This document shows, piece after piece, positions 7,765 to 17,452 of a stretch of DNA of 42,913 bases (within the stretch, counting starts at the first letter, position 1; each line of letters opens with the position of its first letter). The notes under the pieces were generated by a model, which was not told the origin of the DNA, did no database searches, and was given only the letters and a program-made list of their open reading frames with translations. This DNA comes from a virus (taxonomy: Duplodnaviria; Caudoviricetes): IMG/VR virus record IMGVR_UViG_3300044472_000050, positions 1 through 42,913 of that record, one strand, 5' to 3'. Position numbers and translations under genes: made by a program.

Positions 7765-9314
7765 AGGGCTTCCTCTCCCGCCTGGCCTTCTGGCGCCGGC
7801 CGAGCGCTCCCGGCGCCGAGCCCCAACCGACGAGCTACCGCGGGGTCTATACCGCGACCGGCTACCACGTCGTCCGCGTCGCCGTCCGGGACGGAGCGCT
7901 GGGGACCCAGGGCTCGGGCAACTTCCACGAGAAGCTCGACCGGGTACGCCTCCTTGATCTCTCCCGGGAGTTCTACCGGGATAACCCGATCTATTCCGGC
8001 GTCATCAACCGCGCCGCGGCCTATACCGTGGGGAACGGCTTCGGCCTTCAGTGCCGATCCTCGGACGAGGGCTGGAACCGCCTGGCCGAGACCTGGTGGA
8101 GGGCCTACTGGAAGCGGCCGGAGATTCGGCAGATGCTCTCCGGGCCCGGCGTCGAGCGGATGTTTGCCAAGGAGCTCTTCCGCAGCGGCGAAGGAAGCTC
8201 CGTGAAGACCAGTTTCGGCACGCTTCAGCTCATCGAGGCCGAGCAGATCGCCGGGCCAGCGATGATGGACGATGGGATTCGCCGCGGGCCCTACGGCGAG
8301 CCGCTCGGCTATCGCGTCTGTCCCTACTTCCAGAGCGGCGGGGTCGACGTCTCGAGCGGAAAGGAATTCTCGCCCCTCAATTTCATCTATGCCTGCGATC
8401 CGGATCGGCCGACCTCGAGCCGCGGGGTGCCGCCGCTTCAGTCGACCTTCTCGATGCTCCGCCGGATCGATGACATCTTCAATTCAGAGGCCCTCGCGCG
8501 GCAGATCCAATCTCGCCTGGCGCTTTCGATCACGAAGGAGTCAGGCGGCGTCTGGGGCCAGCAAGCGTCGACCCCGGACCCGACGAAGACCGCGACCGAC
8601 GGCGACGTCGCCGGTCGGATCATGCAGTGGGACGGCGGCCTCATCTTCACCGGGAAGCCCGGCGAGAAGGTCGAGTCGATCTCCCGGGGAACGCCAGGGC
8701 CGGACTTCGAGCGCGAGCTCATCCCGTTCATCCGCACCCTGGGAGCTCCTCTCGGGATCCCGCTCGAGTTCATCTTCATGGACTGGACGAAGACGAACTA
8801 CAGCCAGTCGCGGGCGATCCTCGAGCAGGCGGCCGTCACTTTCCTGGGATGGCAGATCCTCATGGAGCAGTTCTTTCATACGCCGGTCTTCGAATGGGCC
8901 CTCGCGCGCGCGATCGAGCGGAAGGATCTCCCGACCCCTCCGGTCGACGACTGGGATTCCCATGAGTGGATCAAGCCGGCCTTCCCCTGGATCGACCAGC
9001 TGAAGGAAGCCCAAGCCTACGGCGAGCAGCTCGATCGCGGCTTCACGACGCATGCGAACGTCCTCAAGTCCCGCAACATCGACCGCGGGGACTTTCTCGA
9101 GCAGCGCGAGCGAGAAGCCAGGAGCGCGATCGAGATCGTCCAGCGGATCGAGAAGGATACCGGCGTCAAGCTGGCGCCGGAGATCTTCATGGGCATGAAA
9201 GCCGCGACGGCGCCACCCCCACCGCCTTCCCCGGCCGCCCAGGATGATCCGCAGACCGATGAGCCGGTCCAGGCCCCCGCGGGCGAGCTGCCCCAGAACG
9301 GGAGAAAAGCATGA
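7761..9314 (+). CDS. Portal protein, lambda family
   Basis: SREFYRDNP...VGNG, LQLIEAEQI, RGVPPL, D..KTNYSQSR, W..P.FPWIDQLKE motifs. Confidence 0.92.
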   Translation: MKGFLSRLAFWRRPSAPGAEPQPTSYRGVYTATGYHVVRVAVRDGALGTQGSGNFHEKLDRVRLLDLSREFYRDNPIYSGVINRAAAYTVGNGFGLQCRSSDEGWNRLAETWWRAYWKRPEIRQMLSGPGVERMFAKELFRSGEGSSVKTSFGTLQLIEAEQIAGPAMMDDGIRRGPYGEPLGYRVCPYFQSGGVDVSSGKEFSPLNFIYACDPDRPTSSRGVPPLQSTFSMLRRIDDIFNSEALARQIQSRLALSITKESGGVWGQQASTPDPTKTATDGDVAGRIMQWDGGLIFTGKPGEKVESISRGTPGPDFERELIPFIRTLGAPLGIPLEFIFMDWTKTNYSQSRAILEQAAVTFLGWQILMEQFFHTPVFEWALARAIERKDLPTPPVDDWDSHEWIKPAFPWIDQLKEAQAYGEQLDRGFTTHANVLKSRNIDRGDFLEQREREARSAIEIVQRIEKDTGVKLAPEIFMGMKAATAPPPPPSPAAQDDPQTDEPVQAPAGELPQNGRKA

Positions 9315-10789
9315 CGAATCGAGCCTGGCCGGCGGAGCTTCAGGGTGAGCCCTGGCTCATGGAGCGCCGGGCGTTCGAGGTGTTTGCCGCACGCGTGGCC
9401 GAAGCGTCGGAGGGTGCCCTGGCCGCTTCGCCCCCCGCCCCTTCCGCCGCATCCCGGAATCTCCCGGTCGAACCGGATGGGACCGCCGTTATTCCGGTCA
9501 GCGGCGCCCTGATGAAGAGCGTCCCCTGGTACTACAAGGTCTATGGGATTGCGGCCACCGCCTACCCCGATATCGAGGCGGATCTCGCTGCGGCCCTCGC
9601 CGATCCGAAGGTCTCGGCCATCCGGCTCGAGGTCGATTCCCCCGGCGGGAGCTCGATGGGTCTCAAGCGCGTCGCCGACGCCGTCTACGGCGCCCGCGGG
9701 AAGGGCAAGCCGATTTATGCCCGCGTGGACGACCTGGCTGCCTCGGCCGCCTACTGGCTGGCCTCACAGGCCTCCGAGATCTCGGCCGGCCCGATGGCGA
9801 ACGTGGGCTCGATCGGGGCCTACATCACCGTGGTCGACATCGCCCGGGCGGCCAAGAACGCCGGGATCGAGGTCGATGTCATCAGCTCGGGAAGCCTGAA
9901 GGGCGCGGGGATGCCGGGCACATCGCTCAGCCCCGAGCAGCGCGCGGATCTCGAAAAGTACGTCGGCGACATCAAGGCGCAGTTCGTCCGCGACGTCGCG
10001 CGCGGCCGAGGCGCCGTCGAGTCCAAGATGGATTCCCTGGCTACGGGGGCCACCTGGCTCTCGGAGGAGGCGCTCAAGCTCGGCCTGGTCGACCGCATCG
10101 AATCGCCCCAGCAGATGACGGCGCGCCAGGGAGCTGCGCGGGCCGCGGCCGCCCGAATCACGCATCTCGACGATGCCATTCACATCCACGGAGAAACCGT
10201 GTCGGCGGATGTTCCGCCGGCCGCGAAGTCTGCGACCCAGGAGAAGCAGGAGGAAACCATGGCGGAGAACCAGAAGGCCGCGGACGACGCGGTCGCGGCC
10301 GAGCGCAAGCGCGTGGCCGACATCCAGGCGGCGTTCTCCAAGAACCCCGCCTTCGCCATCGAGGCGATCGGCGCGGGATGGAGCGTCGTCGAGGCGCGCG
10401 CCAAGTATGCCGACATCCTCGAGGTCAAGGCCGAGGAGGACCGGAAGGCCCTGGCGGCGGCCCAGGCGGATGCCGAGAAGGCCAAGGCCGATGCCGAGAA
10501 GGCGAAGAAGGCCCTGATCGCCGGCGCCGAGCCCATCAGGGCCGGCGGAAACGGCGGAGAGGGGACCCAGGCCTCGAAGGGCGACTTCATGGCCGTGGCG
10601 ACGGAGTACCGCGAGAAGCAGGGCTTCACCGTGGTCAACGGGAAGAAAGTCTGGATCTGCACCATGGTCGAGGCCATGAAGCACGTCCGGAAGACCCAGC
10701 CGGAGCTTCACCACTCGTTCCTCGAGGCCGCCGCCGCGAAGGCGCCCCAGGTGAAGGAGCGGAAGGATTCCCTGGGGATGAAGGACTAG
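9311..10789 (+). CDS. S49 (SppA-type) prohead protease with C-terminal scaffold region
   Basis: VDSPGG, AASAAYWLAS, VGSIG, GLVD motifs; helical C-terminal region. Confidence 0.9.
   Translation: MTNRAWPAELQGEPWLMERRAFEVFAARVAEASEGALAASPPAPSAASRNLPVEPDGTAVIPVSGALMKSVPWYYKVYGIAATAYPDIEADLAAALADPKVSAIRLEVDSPGGSSMGLKRVADAVYGARGKGKPIYARVDDLAASAAYWLASQASEISAGPMANVGSIGAYITVVDIARAAKNAGIEVDVISSGSLKGAGMPGTSLSPEQRADLEKYVGDIKAQFVRDVARGRGAVESKMDSLATGATWLSEEALKLGLVDRIESPQQMTARQGAARAAAARITHLDDAIHIHGETVSADVPPAAKSATQEKQEETMAENQKAADDAVAAERKRVADIQAAFSKNPAFAIEAIGAGWSVVEARAKYADILEVKAEEDRKALAAAQADAEKAKADAEKAKKALIAGAEPIRAGGNGGEGTQASKGDFMAVATEYREKQGFTVVNGKKVWICTMVEAMKHVRKTQPELHHSFLEAAAAKAPQVKERKDSLGMKD
10259..10789 (+). 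CDS. Nested in-frame scaffolding protein (lambda Nu3-like)
   Basis: AGGAGG SD followed by in-frame ATG (MAENQKAADD) inside the protease gene, as in lambda C/Nu3. Confidence 0.6.
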   Translation: MAENQKAADDAVAAERKRVADIQAAFSKNPAFAIEAIGAGWSVVEARAKYADILEVKAEEDRKALAAAQADAEKAKADAEKAKKALIAGAEPIRAGGNGGEGTQASKGDFMAVATEYREKQGFTVVNGKKVWICTMVEAMKHVRKTQPELHHSFLEAAAAKAPQVKERKDSLGMKD

Positions 10790-10860
10790 GCCGTCGCCCG
10801 GGGCCCGGGGCCCCGTCGCGGGACTGATTTTCCAGAACCGTAAAACCAAGGAGATAAGGG

Positions 10861-11733
10861 ATGGCCCAGGAAAACGAAGTCGGAATCAAGACCTTCACGG
10901 CCGGCGAGGCCCTCGAAGCCGACCGCCGCGTGAAGCTGAACGCCGCGGGGACCGCGGTCGTCTATGCGGGCGTCGGCGACCGGATGATCGGCCTGACCCG
11001 GGACAAGGCCGCCAACGGCGGCCAGGTCGAGATCAAGCTCCGGAACTTCCCCGGCACCCGTCGGATGGTCGCGGCGGCCGCGATCGCGGCGGGCGCCCGG
11101 ATCTACGGCGCCGCGAGCGGCAAGATCGACGACGACTCGACGACCACGGGCCCCTGCGAGGGGTACGCCCTGGCCGACGCGAGCGGTGACGGCTCGGTGA
11201 TCGAAGTCCTGCCCCTCCCGGGCGGGAGCGAGTTCCCCGGGGGTTCGGTCCTCCTCTTCGCCGCCGTCGGCGACTCGGCCGCGCTCGGCACCGGCTCGGC
11301 CGCGGAGGCGACCTTCTCGAACGGGAGCTACTCGCTCGCGGCCGGGTTCCTGAAGAAGGGCGATATCCTCCGGGTCAAGGCCAAGGGCCGGCTCGATGCC
11401 ACCCATGCGGCCGACACCTTCACGGCAAAGCTCAAGGTCGGCACGGAGGTGATCGCGACGACCCCGAACCCCGATGCCGTGAATGGCGACATCTTCATGA
11501 TCGACGCCGAGATCGCCGTGAACGACGACGGCGCGGGCGGGAAGCTGGAAGCGATGGGCTATGTCCTGAACGGCGCGCTCGCGGCCGGCCTGGCCCTCCC
11601 CTTCCACAAGGCCCAGGCCGCGGAAGACCTCTCCGTCGCGTGCGACGTGAATGTGACCGGCCAGTTCGACGCGGCCGATGCGGGGAATACCGCGAAGCTC
11701 GACCACTTCACAGTGGAGCTCCTCCGGAAGTAA
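10861..11733 (+). CDS. Head decoration/cement protein (DUF2190-like N-terminus) with C-terminal extension
   Basis: TFTAGEAL..RRVKL...AAAIAAGARIY...G.AL..ASGDGSVIEV pattern in the first ~120 aa; between protease and capsid genes. Confidence 0.7.
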   Translation: MAQENEVGIKTFTAGEALEADRRVKLNAAGTAVVYAGVGDRMIGLTRDKAANGGQVEIKLRNFPGTRRMVAAAAIAAGARIYGAASGKIDDDSTTTGPCEGYALADASGDGSVIEVLPLPGGSEFPGGSVLLFAAVGDSAALGTGSAAEATFSNGSYSLAAGFLKKGDILRVKAKGRLDATHAADTFTAKLKVGTEVIATTPNPDAVNGDIFMIDAEIAVNDDGAGGKLEAMGYVLNGALAAGLALPFHKAQAAEDLSVACDVNVTGQFDAADAGNTAKLDHFTVELLRK

Positions 11734-11810
11734 TCCGGGCCGCAAGGCAAGGCGCCGCGCGCCCGCCGTAAGGCGCGCTAGGACTCAAGGAGAACCAGGA
11801 GACCGAACAA

Positions 11811-12770
11811 ATGATTTACAACGGAACCTACGCGACCCCCCGGGCCGACCTCGGCGCGGCCTACCAGGAATACATGGAGCAGCTCGGGACGTTCATCGCG
11901 ACGCTCGTGGCCCCCGAGCTGCCCGTGCCCTTCAAGAAGGCGACCTATCCGGCCAGGACCCGGGAGTCGATCCTTAAGGTCGCCGACGTCAAGCGGGCGG
12001 CCACCGGCGGCTACAACCGGATCAACATGCAGGCTGAGGACAAGAGCTACGAGTGCGAGGCCTACGGCCTCGAGCAGCCGATCGACTACTCCCAGCGCGC
12101 ATTCTACGCGAACGACTTCGACCTCGAGGTCGCCGGCGCCGAGGAGCTGTCCTTCAAGGTCAAGCTCGCGCGCGAGATCCGCACGGCGGCGGCCCTCTTC
12201 GACACCGCCGTCTGGACCGGCGCGGCGCTCTACACGGACCATTCGGGCGCCCCGTGGGACGACGCGGCCAACGGCAAGCCGATCTCCGACGTCAACGCCG
12301 CCAAGCTCAAGGTCTACCAGAGCACCGGCGTCTGGCCGGACTCCCTCATCCTCGGCGGGACCCAGATGCAGAACCTCCTCGTCAGCGCCCAGATCCTGGC
12401 CCGCTTCCCCGGCGCGAGCGAGGTCAGCGAGGAGCAGGTCCGGCAGTCCCTCCAGCGGATCTTCGGCCTGAAGAACATCTTCGTGGGCTACGCCCCGAAG
12501 GACACGGCCGACGAGGGCCAGGATGCGTCGGTCTCCGAGGTCTGGGGCGACGACTATGCCATGGTCTGCAAGGTCGCGGCCCAGGGCGCGCCGGTGAACG
12601 AGATGTGCGTCGCCCGCTCGCCCCGGTGGACGGTCGAGAGTCCCGCGGAGCTCGTCTTCGATCAGTACTACGAGGCCCAGACCCGGAAGGACGTCCTCCG
12701 GGCCCGGCACGACGTCGACGAGCTCGTGCAGGACAAGTTCATGGGCCACCTGATGAAGGTCGACGCCTAA
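11811..12770 (+). CDS. Major capsid protein (lambda gpE-like)
   Basis: Position, 319 aa, FIATLVAP...REIRTAAAL...WDD...PISD pattern, strongly biased codons. Confidence 0.8.
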   Translation: MIYNGTYATPRADLGAAYQEYMEQLGTFIATLVAPELPVPFKKATYPARTRESILKVADVKRAATGGYNRINMQAEDKSYECEAYGLEQPIDYSQRAFYANDFDLEVAGAEELSFKVKLAREIRTAAALFDTAVWTGAALYTDHSGAPWDDAANGKPISDVNAAKLKVYQSTGVWPDSLILGGTQMQNLLVSAQILARFPGASEVSEEQVRQSLQRIFGLKNIFVGYAPKDTADEGQDASVSEVWGDDYAMVCKVAAQGAPVNEMCVARSPRWTVESPAELVFDQYYEAQTRKDVLRARHDVDELVQDKFMGHLMKVDA

Positions 12771-12830
12771 AGCGACCTGACACCCCCTCGGGGCGCGGCT
12801 GGCGATCGTCCAGCCTATAAAGACGGCCCT

Positions 12831-12860
12831 GCCGGGGCTCGGGGAAACCTGGGCCCCGGC
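12831..12860 (+). other. 13-bp GC-rich hairpin with GAAA loop after the capsid gene
   Basis: GCCGGGGCTCGGG-GAAA-CCTGGGCCCCGGC; no U tract, so more likely an mRNA-stabilising stem than a terminator. Confidence 0.4.
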
Positions 12861-12909
12861 GGCCTCTACCTGGCCTCCCGCGCGGAGGCCGGATGGAGGC
12901 GGAGGAATC

Positions 12910-13503
12910 ATGGGGAGCTATCAGAGTTCGATCCGGGGACAGCTCTCGGCATTCGAGAGCGAGGCTGAGCGCCTGACCCGGCTTACGCTCCTCGAGGGTC
13001 ACCGCCGTTTCCGGGCCCGCCTGATCCGGGAGCAGATGTCGAAGCCGCGGCCGGCCCGGACCGTGGGGCCCTGGGTGAAATCGAGGCCGGGAGAGGGGAT
13101 CAGCCGGAAGACCGGGACGGCGATCCGGAGCATCTTCGGCCAGGTGAAGAGCGAGGGCTCCTCCATCACGCTCACCTCCTCGATCGGGGGCAAGGGCGCC
13201 TACTACGTCGAGGATTTCGAGGACAGGGGCCTCATCAATTTCCGCGGCCTCTTCGCCGAGGAGGCGACGATTACCAGCTCGAACCTCGCCCATCGGTTCG
13301 CCTTCCTCGCGCGGAACCCGAACCTCCGCGCCTCGGTCGGCGAGGTCTCCTCCGATGTCTCTGCTGAGGTTGCCCAGGCCGCCCAGGAGCTGAAGGCGCA
13401 TATCCGCGGCGTCCGGGCGCTCCGGAAAGTTCGCCGCGCAGTCGCGCGCCTGGCCAAGGTCCGGGCGAACATCTTTGATTATTCCGGCTTGAAGAGGGCC
13501 TGA
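12910..13503 (+). CDS. Basic neck/tail-completion-like protein
   Basis: Position after capsid; Arg-rich, RKTGTAIRSI motif. Confidence 0.5.
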   Translation: MGSYQSSIRGQLSAFESEAERLTRLTLLEGHRRFRARLIREQMSKPRPARTVGPWVKSRPGEGISRKTGTAIRSIFGQVKSEGSSITLTSSIGGKGAYYVEDFEDRGLINFRGLFAEEATITSSNLAHRFAFLARNPNLRASVGEVSSDVSAEVAQAAQELKAHIRGVRALRKVRRAVARLAKVRANIFDYSGLKRA

Positions 13504-13961
13504 TGGCCGACGATCTCGAGGAGCGGATCGCGAAAACGATCCTCGCGAAGTTCCAGGCGGGGCTTGCCGGCGTCACCGTCGCCCGTCCGCCCGGGCCGGC
13601 GCTTGAAATCGCGCCCGGGGACTGCCCCGCGGTCAGCCTCCGGAAGGGCCGGAAGACGACCTCCCAGCATCTCCGGGGCGCCGAGGAATTCCTGACGCCC
13701 TTCACCGCGATCTGCCTCGTCGACGGCGCCGCGGCCGATCCGAGCGGCGAGCTCTCGGCTCTCCGCTCTCGTGTGAAAGCCGTCGTCGAGGCGAACCGGC
13801 TCTGGAACGACGGCAGCGGGAACCTCGCCGCCGAGACCGACATCACGGCCGACTGCGAGCACGAGACCGAGATCGTCGAGGGCACGAAATCGGGCTTCCT
13901 CGAGTTCGTGGTCCACGCCTACGCGGACCGCGAGAATCCCGCGAACGTGAAGGCGATCTGA
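13503..13961 (+). CDS. Tail terminator-like protein
   Basis: Size, position and alpha/beta pattern. Confidence 0.5.
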   Translation: MADDLEERIAKTILAKFQAGLAGVTVARPPGPALEIAPGDCPAVSLRKGRKTTSQHLRGAEEFLTPFTAICLVDGAAADPSGELSALRSRVKAVVEANRLWNDGSGNLAAETDITADCEHETEIVEGTKSGFLEFVVHAYADRENPANVKAI

Positions 13962-13962
13962 G

Positions 13963-14454
13963 ATGAGCGAGACCCCCGATCGTGCGACGGTGCGGGCGGC
14001 GATTGTCTCCGCGATCGACGCCGTCAACCCCGCCTGGGGGACGGTGCTCTCTTCGGATCTCCGCTTCGAGAGCGAGCTCCAGGCGATCAAGGCCTACCAG
14101 CAGGGTTCGGGCGGGAACCAATGGGCGATCGACCTCTGGGCCGTGAAGCTCGAGAAGTCCCCGCACCGTCAGGGGAAGGCGGTCGGCGAGGTCTACGTCG
14201 ACCTCGGTTTCGTGGCCCAGTATTGGAATGTCCGCTCGGCGGATTCGGTGTGGGAGGCGACCGCCGATACGCAGGTCAAGACGGCCGTCGCGGCGATCAG
14301 TGGGAACTCCGGGATCTTCCGGATCGGCGGCCAGATCCAGATCGGGGGTACGCCCGAGATCGCCGTCGTCGAGAGCCAGGGCTTCGAGATGCTCGAGGAG
14401 ATGAAGGTCTACAAGGCCAAGATCCTGATCCCGGTCGAATCGAGGTTCGCATGA
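13963..14454 (+). CDS. Neck/tail-completion protein, hypothetical
   Basis: Contiguous in the structural operon. Confidence 0.5.
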   Translation: MSETPDRATVRAAIVSAIDAVNPAWGTVLSSDLRFESELQAIKAYQQGSGGNQWAIDLWAVKLEKSPHRQGKAVGEVYVDLGFVAQYWNVRSADSVWEATADTQVKTAVAAISGNSGIFRIGGQIQIGGTPEIAVVESQGFEMLEEMKVYKAKILIPVESRFA

Positions 14455-15425
14455 GCGCGACGAACGTTCGCGCAGGCCTCGTCACGGCGCTCCTGGCGGC
14501 TTTCCAGGCCGTCAAGGGCACTCAGGTCTCGGACTTCACTTCCGGGGCGTCCACGAGGCTCTGGACTGGCGAGGCGCCAATCCAGGCCGCCCAGGAGCCG
14601 CAGGGCCGGACGTTCATGGACACCGAGCGCGGCCCCGGGCTCTCGGCCGCCTACCTCGATCCCGACCGGCCGGCCGACGTCCTCCGGGTGCTCGGGACGC
14701 CAACGGCTCTACAGTGGCTCCTCAAGTCGAACTTCGGGCCCTATGTGGCGCCAGACTTCACCCTCGCCACCCAGGTCGCCCTCGACCGCTACCTGACGCT
14801 CGCTTGGGTCGAGAACGTCGGCGGCGGCACCCAGCAGCTCGTCCGGATCCGGGACGCCTGGATGCACCGCCTGGACCTGGTCGTGGAGGGCCCGAACGGG
14901 TGGCTCGAGATCTTGGCCCACTACGCCGGCCGCGGGGTCCATACCCAGGCGCTCAATGCCGGCGGCATCACCCTCCCGGCCTCCCCCATGGCGCCGAGCA
15001 AGGTGCCCTTCCCGGCCGCCCAGGTGGAGCTTCGCCGCGATCCCGCCGGCGCGAACGTGGCGCTCCGCTGGCGGAAGATCCGCCTGACGCTCGACCAGAA
15101 CGAGGGGATCCAGCCCCACAAATGGGACATGGGCGCCGGCGCCTACGACGTCTACAAGCGCGGGAGCTGCGCGGCCGAGCTCGAATTTGAGAGCGACTGG
15201 TCGGACGAGACCTGGCAGATCCTCTCGAACAACCGCTCGAGGATCTTCGAGACCTACCGGCTGAAGGCCACGGCTGAGGACGGTCGGATCCTGACCTGCG
15301 ACCTGCACAACGTCGTCTTCAAGATCGACCCGCCTGGGCACGACGCGATTCTCTACAAGCCGTTCCGGGCGGTCGGGCGGGCGCGCGAATCTGGATCGGA
15401 CTTCGTTTCGCTGTCGCTGACCTAG
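14451..15425 (+). CDS. Probable tail tube (major tail) protein
   Basis: ATG at 14451 (MSATNVRAG) coupled to the upstream stop; beta-rich, 324 aa, position before chaperone and tape measure. Confidence 0.5.
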   Translation: MSATNVRAGLVTALLAAFQAVKGTQVSDFTSGASTRLWTGEAPIQAAQEPQGRTFMDTERGPGLSAAYLDPDRPADVLRVLGTPTALQWLLKSNFGPYVAPDFTLATQVALDRYLTLAWVENVGGGTQQLVRIRDAWMHRLDLVVEGPNGWLEILAHYAGRGVHTQALNAGGITLPASPMAPSKVPFPAAQVELRRDPAGANVALRWRKIRLTLDQNEGIQPHKWDMGAGAYDVYKRGSCAAELEFESDWSDETWQILSNNRSRIFETYRLKATAEDGRILTCDLHNVVFKIDPPGHDAILYKPFRAVGRARESGSDFVSLSLT

Positions 15426-15436
15426 AGAGGGGAGCC

Positions 15437-16996
15437 ATGACGATCGACTATGAAGTCCTCCCGGGCGAGCTCGCGGCTCCGCTCGTGATCCAGGACTTCC
15501 TCCGCAAAGACTGGGAGGCGTATTCCTGGGACGATTCCTCCGGCCGGTTCTCCCGGAAGATCCTGGCGGCCTACGGCGCCTCCGACACCGAGGAGGCCGA
15601 CGCTTATGCGGGCTTCAAGGCCTTCTACGAGGCCGTTGCCTCCGAGATCGCCACTCGCTGGAGCAGCCATCGCGACCAGCTCCAATCCTCGGAGAAGGGT
15701 TTCTTCGCCATCCTCGAGCGGGACCTCACCGCCTCCGATGCGAAGGAAGCGGGGGGCGCGATCGAATACGAGCACGAGGACACCGACGGCCAGGTCGACA
15801 TCAAGACGAAGACTGGCCTCTGGCCGGCCCTCGCGGACGACATGGTCGCGAACAAGCGCCATTTTCTTGCCTCGGCGATCACCATCGGCTCCTTAGAGGC
15901 AAAGTCGACCAATCGCGGGTCGCTGACGAAGGTGGCCGCGACGGCCTTCCAGCACATCCTCCGTGGCAAGGCCTCCGGGGCGCTCATCCTGACCGTCGAC
16001 GACGACAATGTCGGAGCCCCTAAGCTCAATGTCCAGGTCCAGCTCGACACGCCGCTTCCGGATGGGAAGAAGCTGTTCGACGGCGGCACGTGGAAGCTGC
16101 AGCCGGAGAAGACCTATCAGAACGGCGACGTCGGCGCAGACGTCTTCCAGTTCGATCGGCCGGGTCTGACGGCGCCGACCAAGACGGGCGATTCGACAAA
16201 CATCCTGAGCGGCGCAGTCTTCTCCGATCCGGCGGAGGGGGATATGCCGGGTGGCGTCGTCTCCTATCGCATCCTCCACCAGGGCGGCTCGACTCCCTGG
16301 CTGGTCGAGCTCTATTCGGACCAGGAGCGGAAGGCCTCGCAGCGTGTCGGCTCGAAGGCTTTCGCGGGAGTCACCGGGATCGAGTCCCTCATCATCCCGC
16401 TCCGGAACAAGACGGAGCTTGCGATCGACTTCGACATCGACCTGGCTTTGGCCGTCGGCGGAATCCCGAATGAGGATGACGAGAAGGTCGGGACTTTCGA
16501 CGTCCTGACCCCGCAGGAAGGCGACCGCTGGACGATGGCGATCGCGAGCGACCAGGCGGGCAAGTTCGGGACGAAGCTCGCCTCGATCGGGCCGATCTCG
16601 CTGCCCGTCGGGCCCGCGAAGCCCGGATCCGCCTGCACGGCGGCGCTCGCCGGCGCCGGCGCGGGCAATGTCGACAACGGCACGCACACCTGGAAGTACA
16701 CCTATGTTTCGGCCCTGGGCGAATCCGAGGGCGCGACGGCCTCCAACGTGCTCAACGTCGTCGACAAGACCATCAATGGGAAGGTCGACCTGACCGGGAT
16801 CGCGAACGGTCCGGCCGGGACGACCGCGAAGAAGATCTACCGGCGAATCGCCGGCGATATGGGGAAATGGAAGCTGGTCGGGACCATCAACGACAACACG
16901 ACGACGACCTTCCAGGACAACATCGCCGACAGCGGGCTCGGGGCGGACGTCCCGATCCAGTTCGACGAGAGCCTGGCGGCGGACATCACAGTCTAA
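15437..16996 (+). CDS. Virion structural protein with C-terminal FN3/Ig-like module
   Basis: WKYTYVSALGES...KIYRR...TTTFQD is a pattern common in phage Ig/FN3-like domains. Confidence 0.55.
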   Translation: MTIDYEVLPGELAAPLVIQDFLRKDWEAYSWDDSSGRFSRKILAAYGASDTEEADAYAGFKAFYEAVASEIATRWSSHRDQLQSSEKGFFAILERDLTASDAKEAGGAIEYEHEDTDGQVDIKTKTGLWPALADDMVANKRHFLASAITIGSLEAKSTNRGSLTKVAATAFQHILRGKASGALILTVDDDNVGAPKLNVQVQLDTPLPDGKKLFDGGTWKLQPEKTYQNGDVGADVFQFDRPGLTAPTKTGDSTNILSGAVFSDPAEGDMPGGVVSYRILHQGGSTPWLVELYSDQERKASQRVGSKAFAGVTGIESLIIPLRNKTELAIDFDIDLALAVGGIPNEDDEKVGTFDVLTPQEGDRWTMAIASDQAGKFGTKLASIGPISLPVGPAKPGSACTAALAGAGAGNVDNGTHTWKYTYVSALGESEGATASNVLNVVDKTINGKVDLTGIANGPAGTTAKKIYRRIAGDMGKWKLVGTINDNTTTTFQDNIADSGLGADVPIQFDESLAADITV

Positions 16997-17014
16997 GGCG
17001 CGGTGGGAGGCGAA

Positions 17015-17452
17015 ATGGCGGAGGCGGCGGCAGAAAAAGCTCCCCAGTCGGCACCGTCCTCGAATGGCGCGGCGGCGGATCAGCCTGGAGCTTGGGAATG
17101 GACCGAAAAGGGCGTCAGGATCGGCGAAAAGGAGTTCGCGTTCGCCAAGACCGAGCCCGGCCAGATCCAGGAATACGCCGGTCGTCTCCTTGAGGTGACC
17201 GAAGCCTTCCGGTCGATGCTCCGCCTACGAGCCGTCTTCGAGAGCGGCCGCCTGGAGAGCTTTGAGGGCGCCTGGGAGAAGTCCCGCCAGGTCTTCCGGG
17301 AGGTCCAGAAGGCGGAACTCGCCCTGGCCGAAACGACTTCGGGGATTTCGATCTTCTTCGAGCCTGCGGACATCGCGCGGGAGTTCGACGGCGAGAGCAA
17401 GCTCCTCAAAGGCTTCATCGAAGAAGCGATCGATCGGATCGGAGGAAGGTAG
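17015..17452 (+). CDS. Probable tail assembly chaperone
   Basis: GGAGG SD, ATG at 17015; acidic helical protein immediately before the tape-measure-like gene. Confidence 0.45.
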   Translation: MAEAAAEKAPQSAPSSNGAAADQPGAWEWTEKGVRIGEKEFAFAKTEPGQIQEYAGRLLEVTEAFRSMLRLRAVFESGRLESFEGAWEKSRQVFREVQKAELALAETTSGISIFFEPADIAREFDGESKLLKGFIEEAIDRIGGR

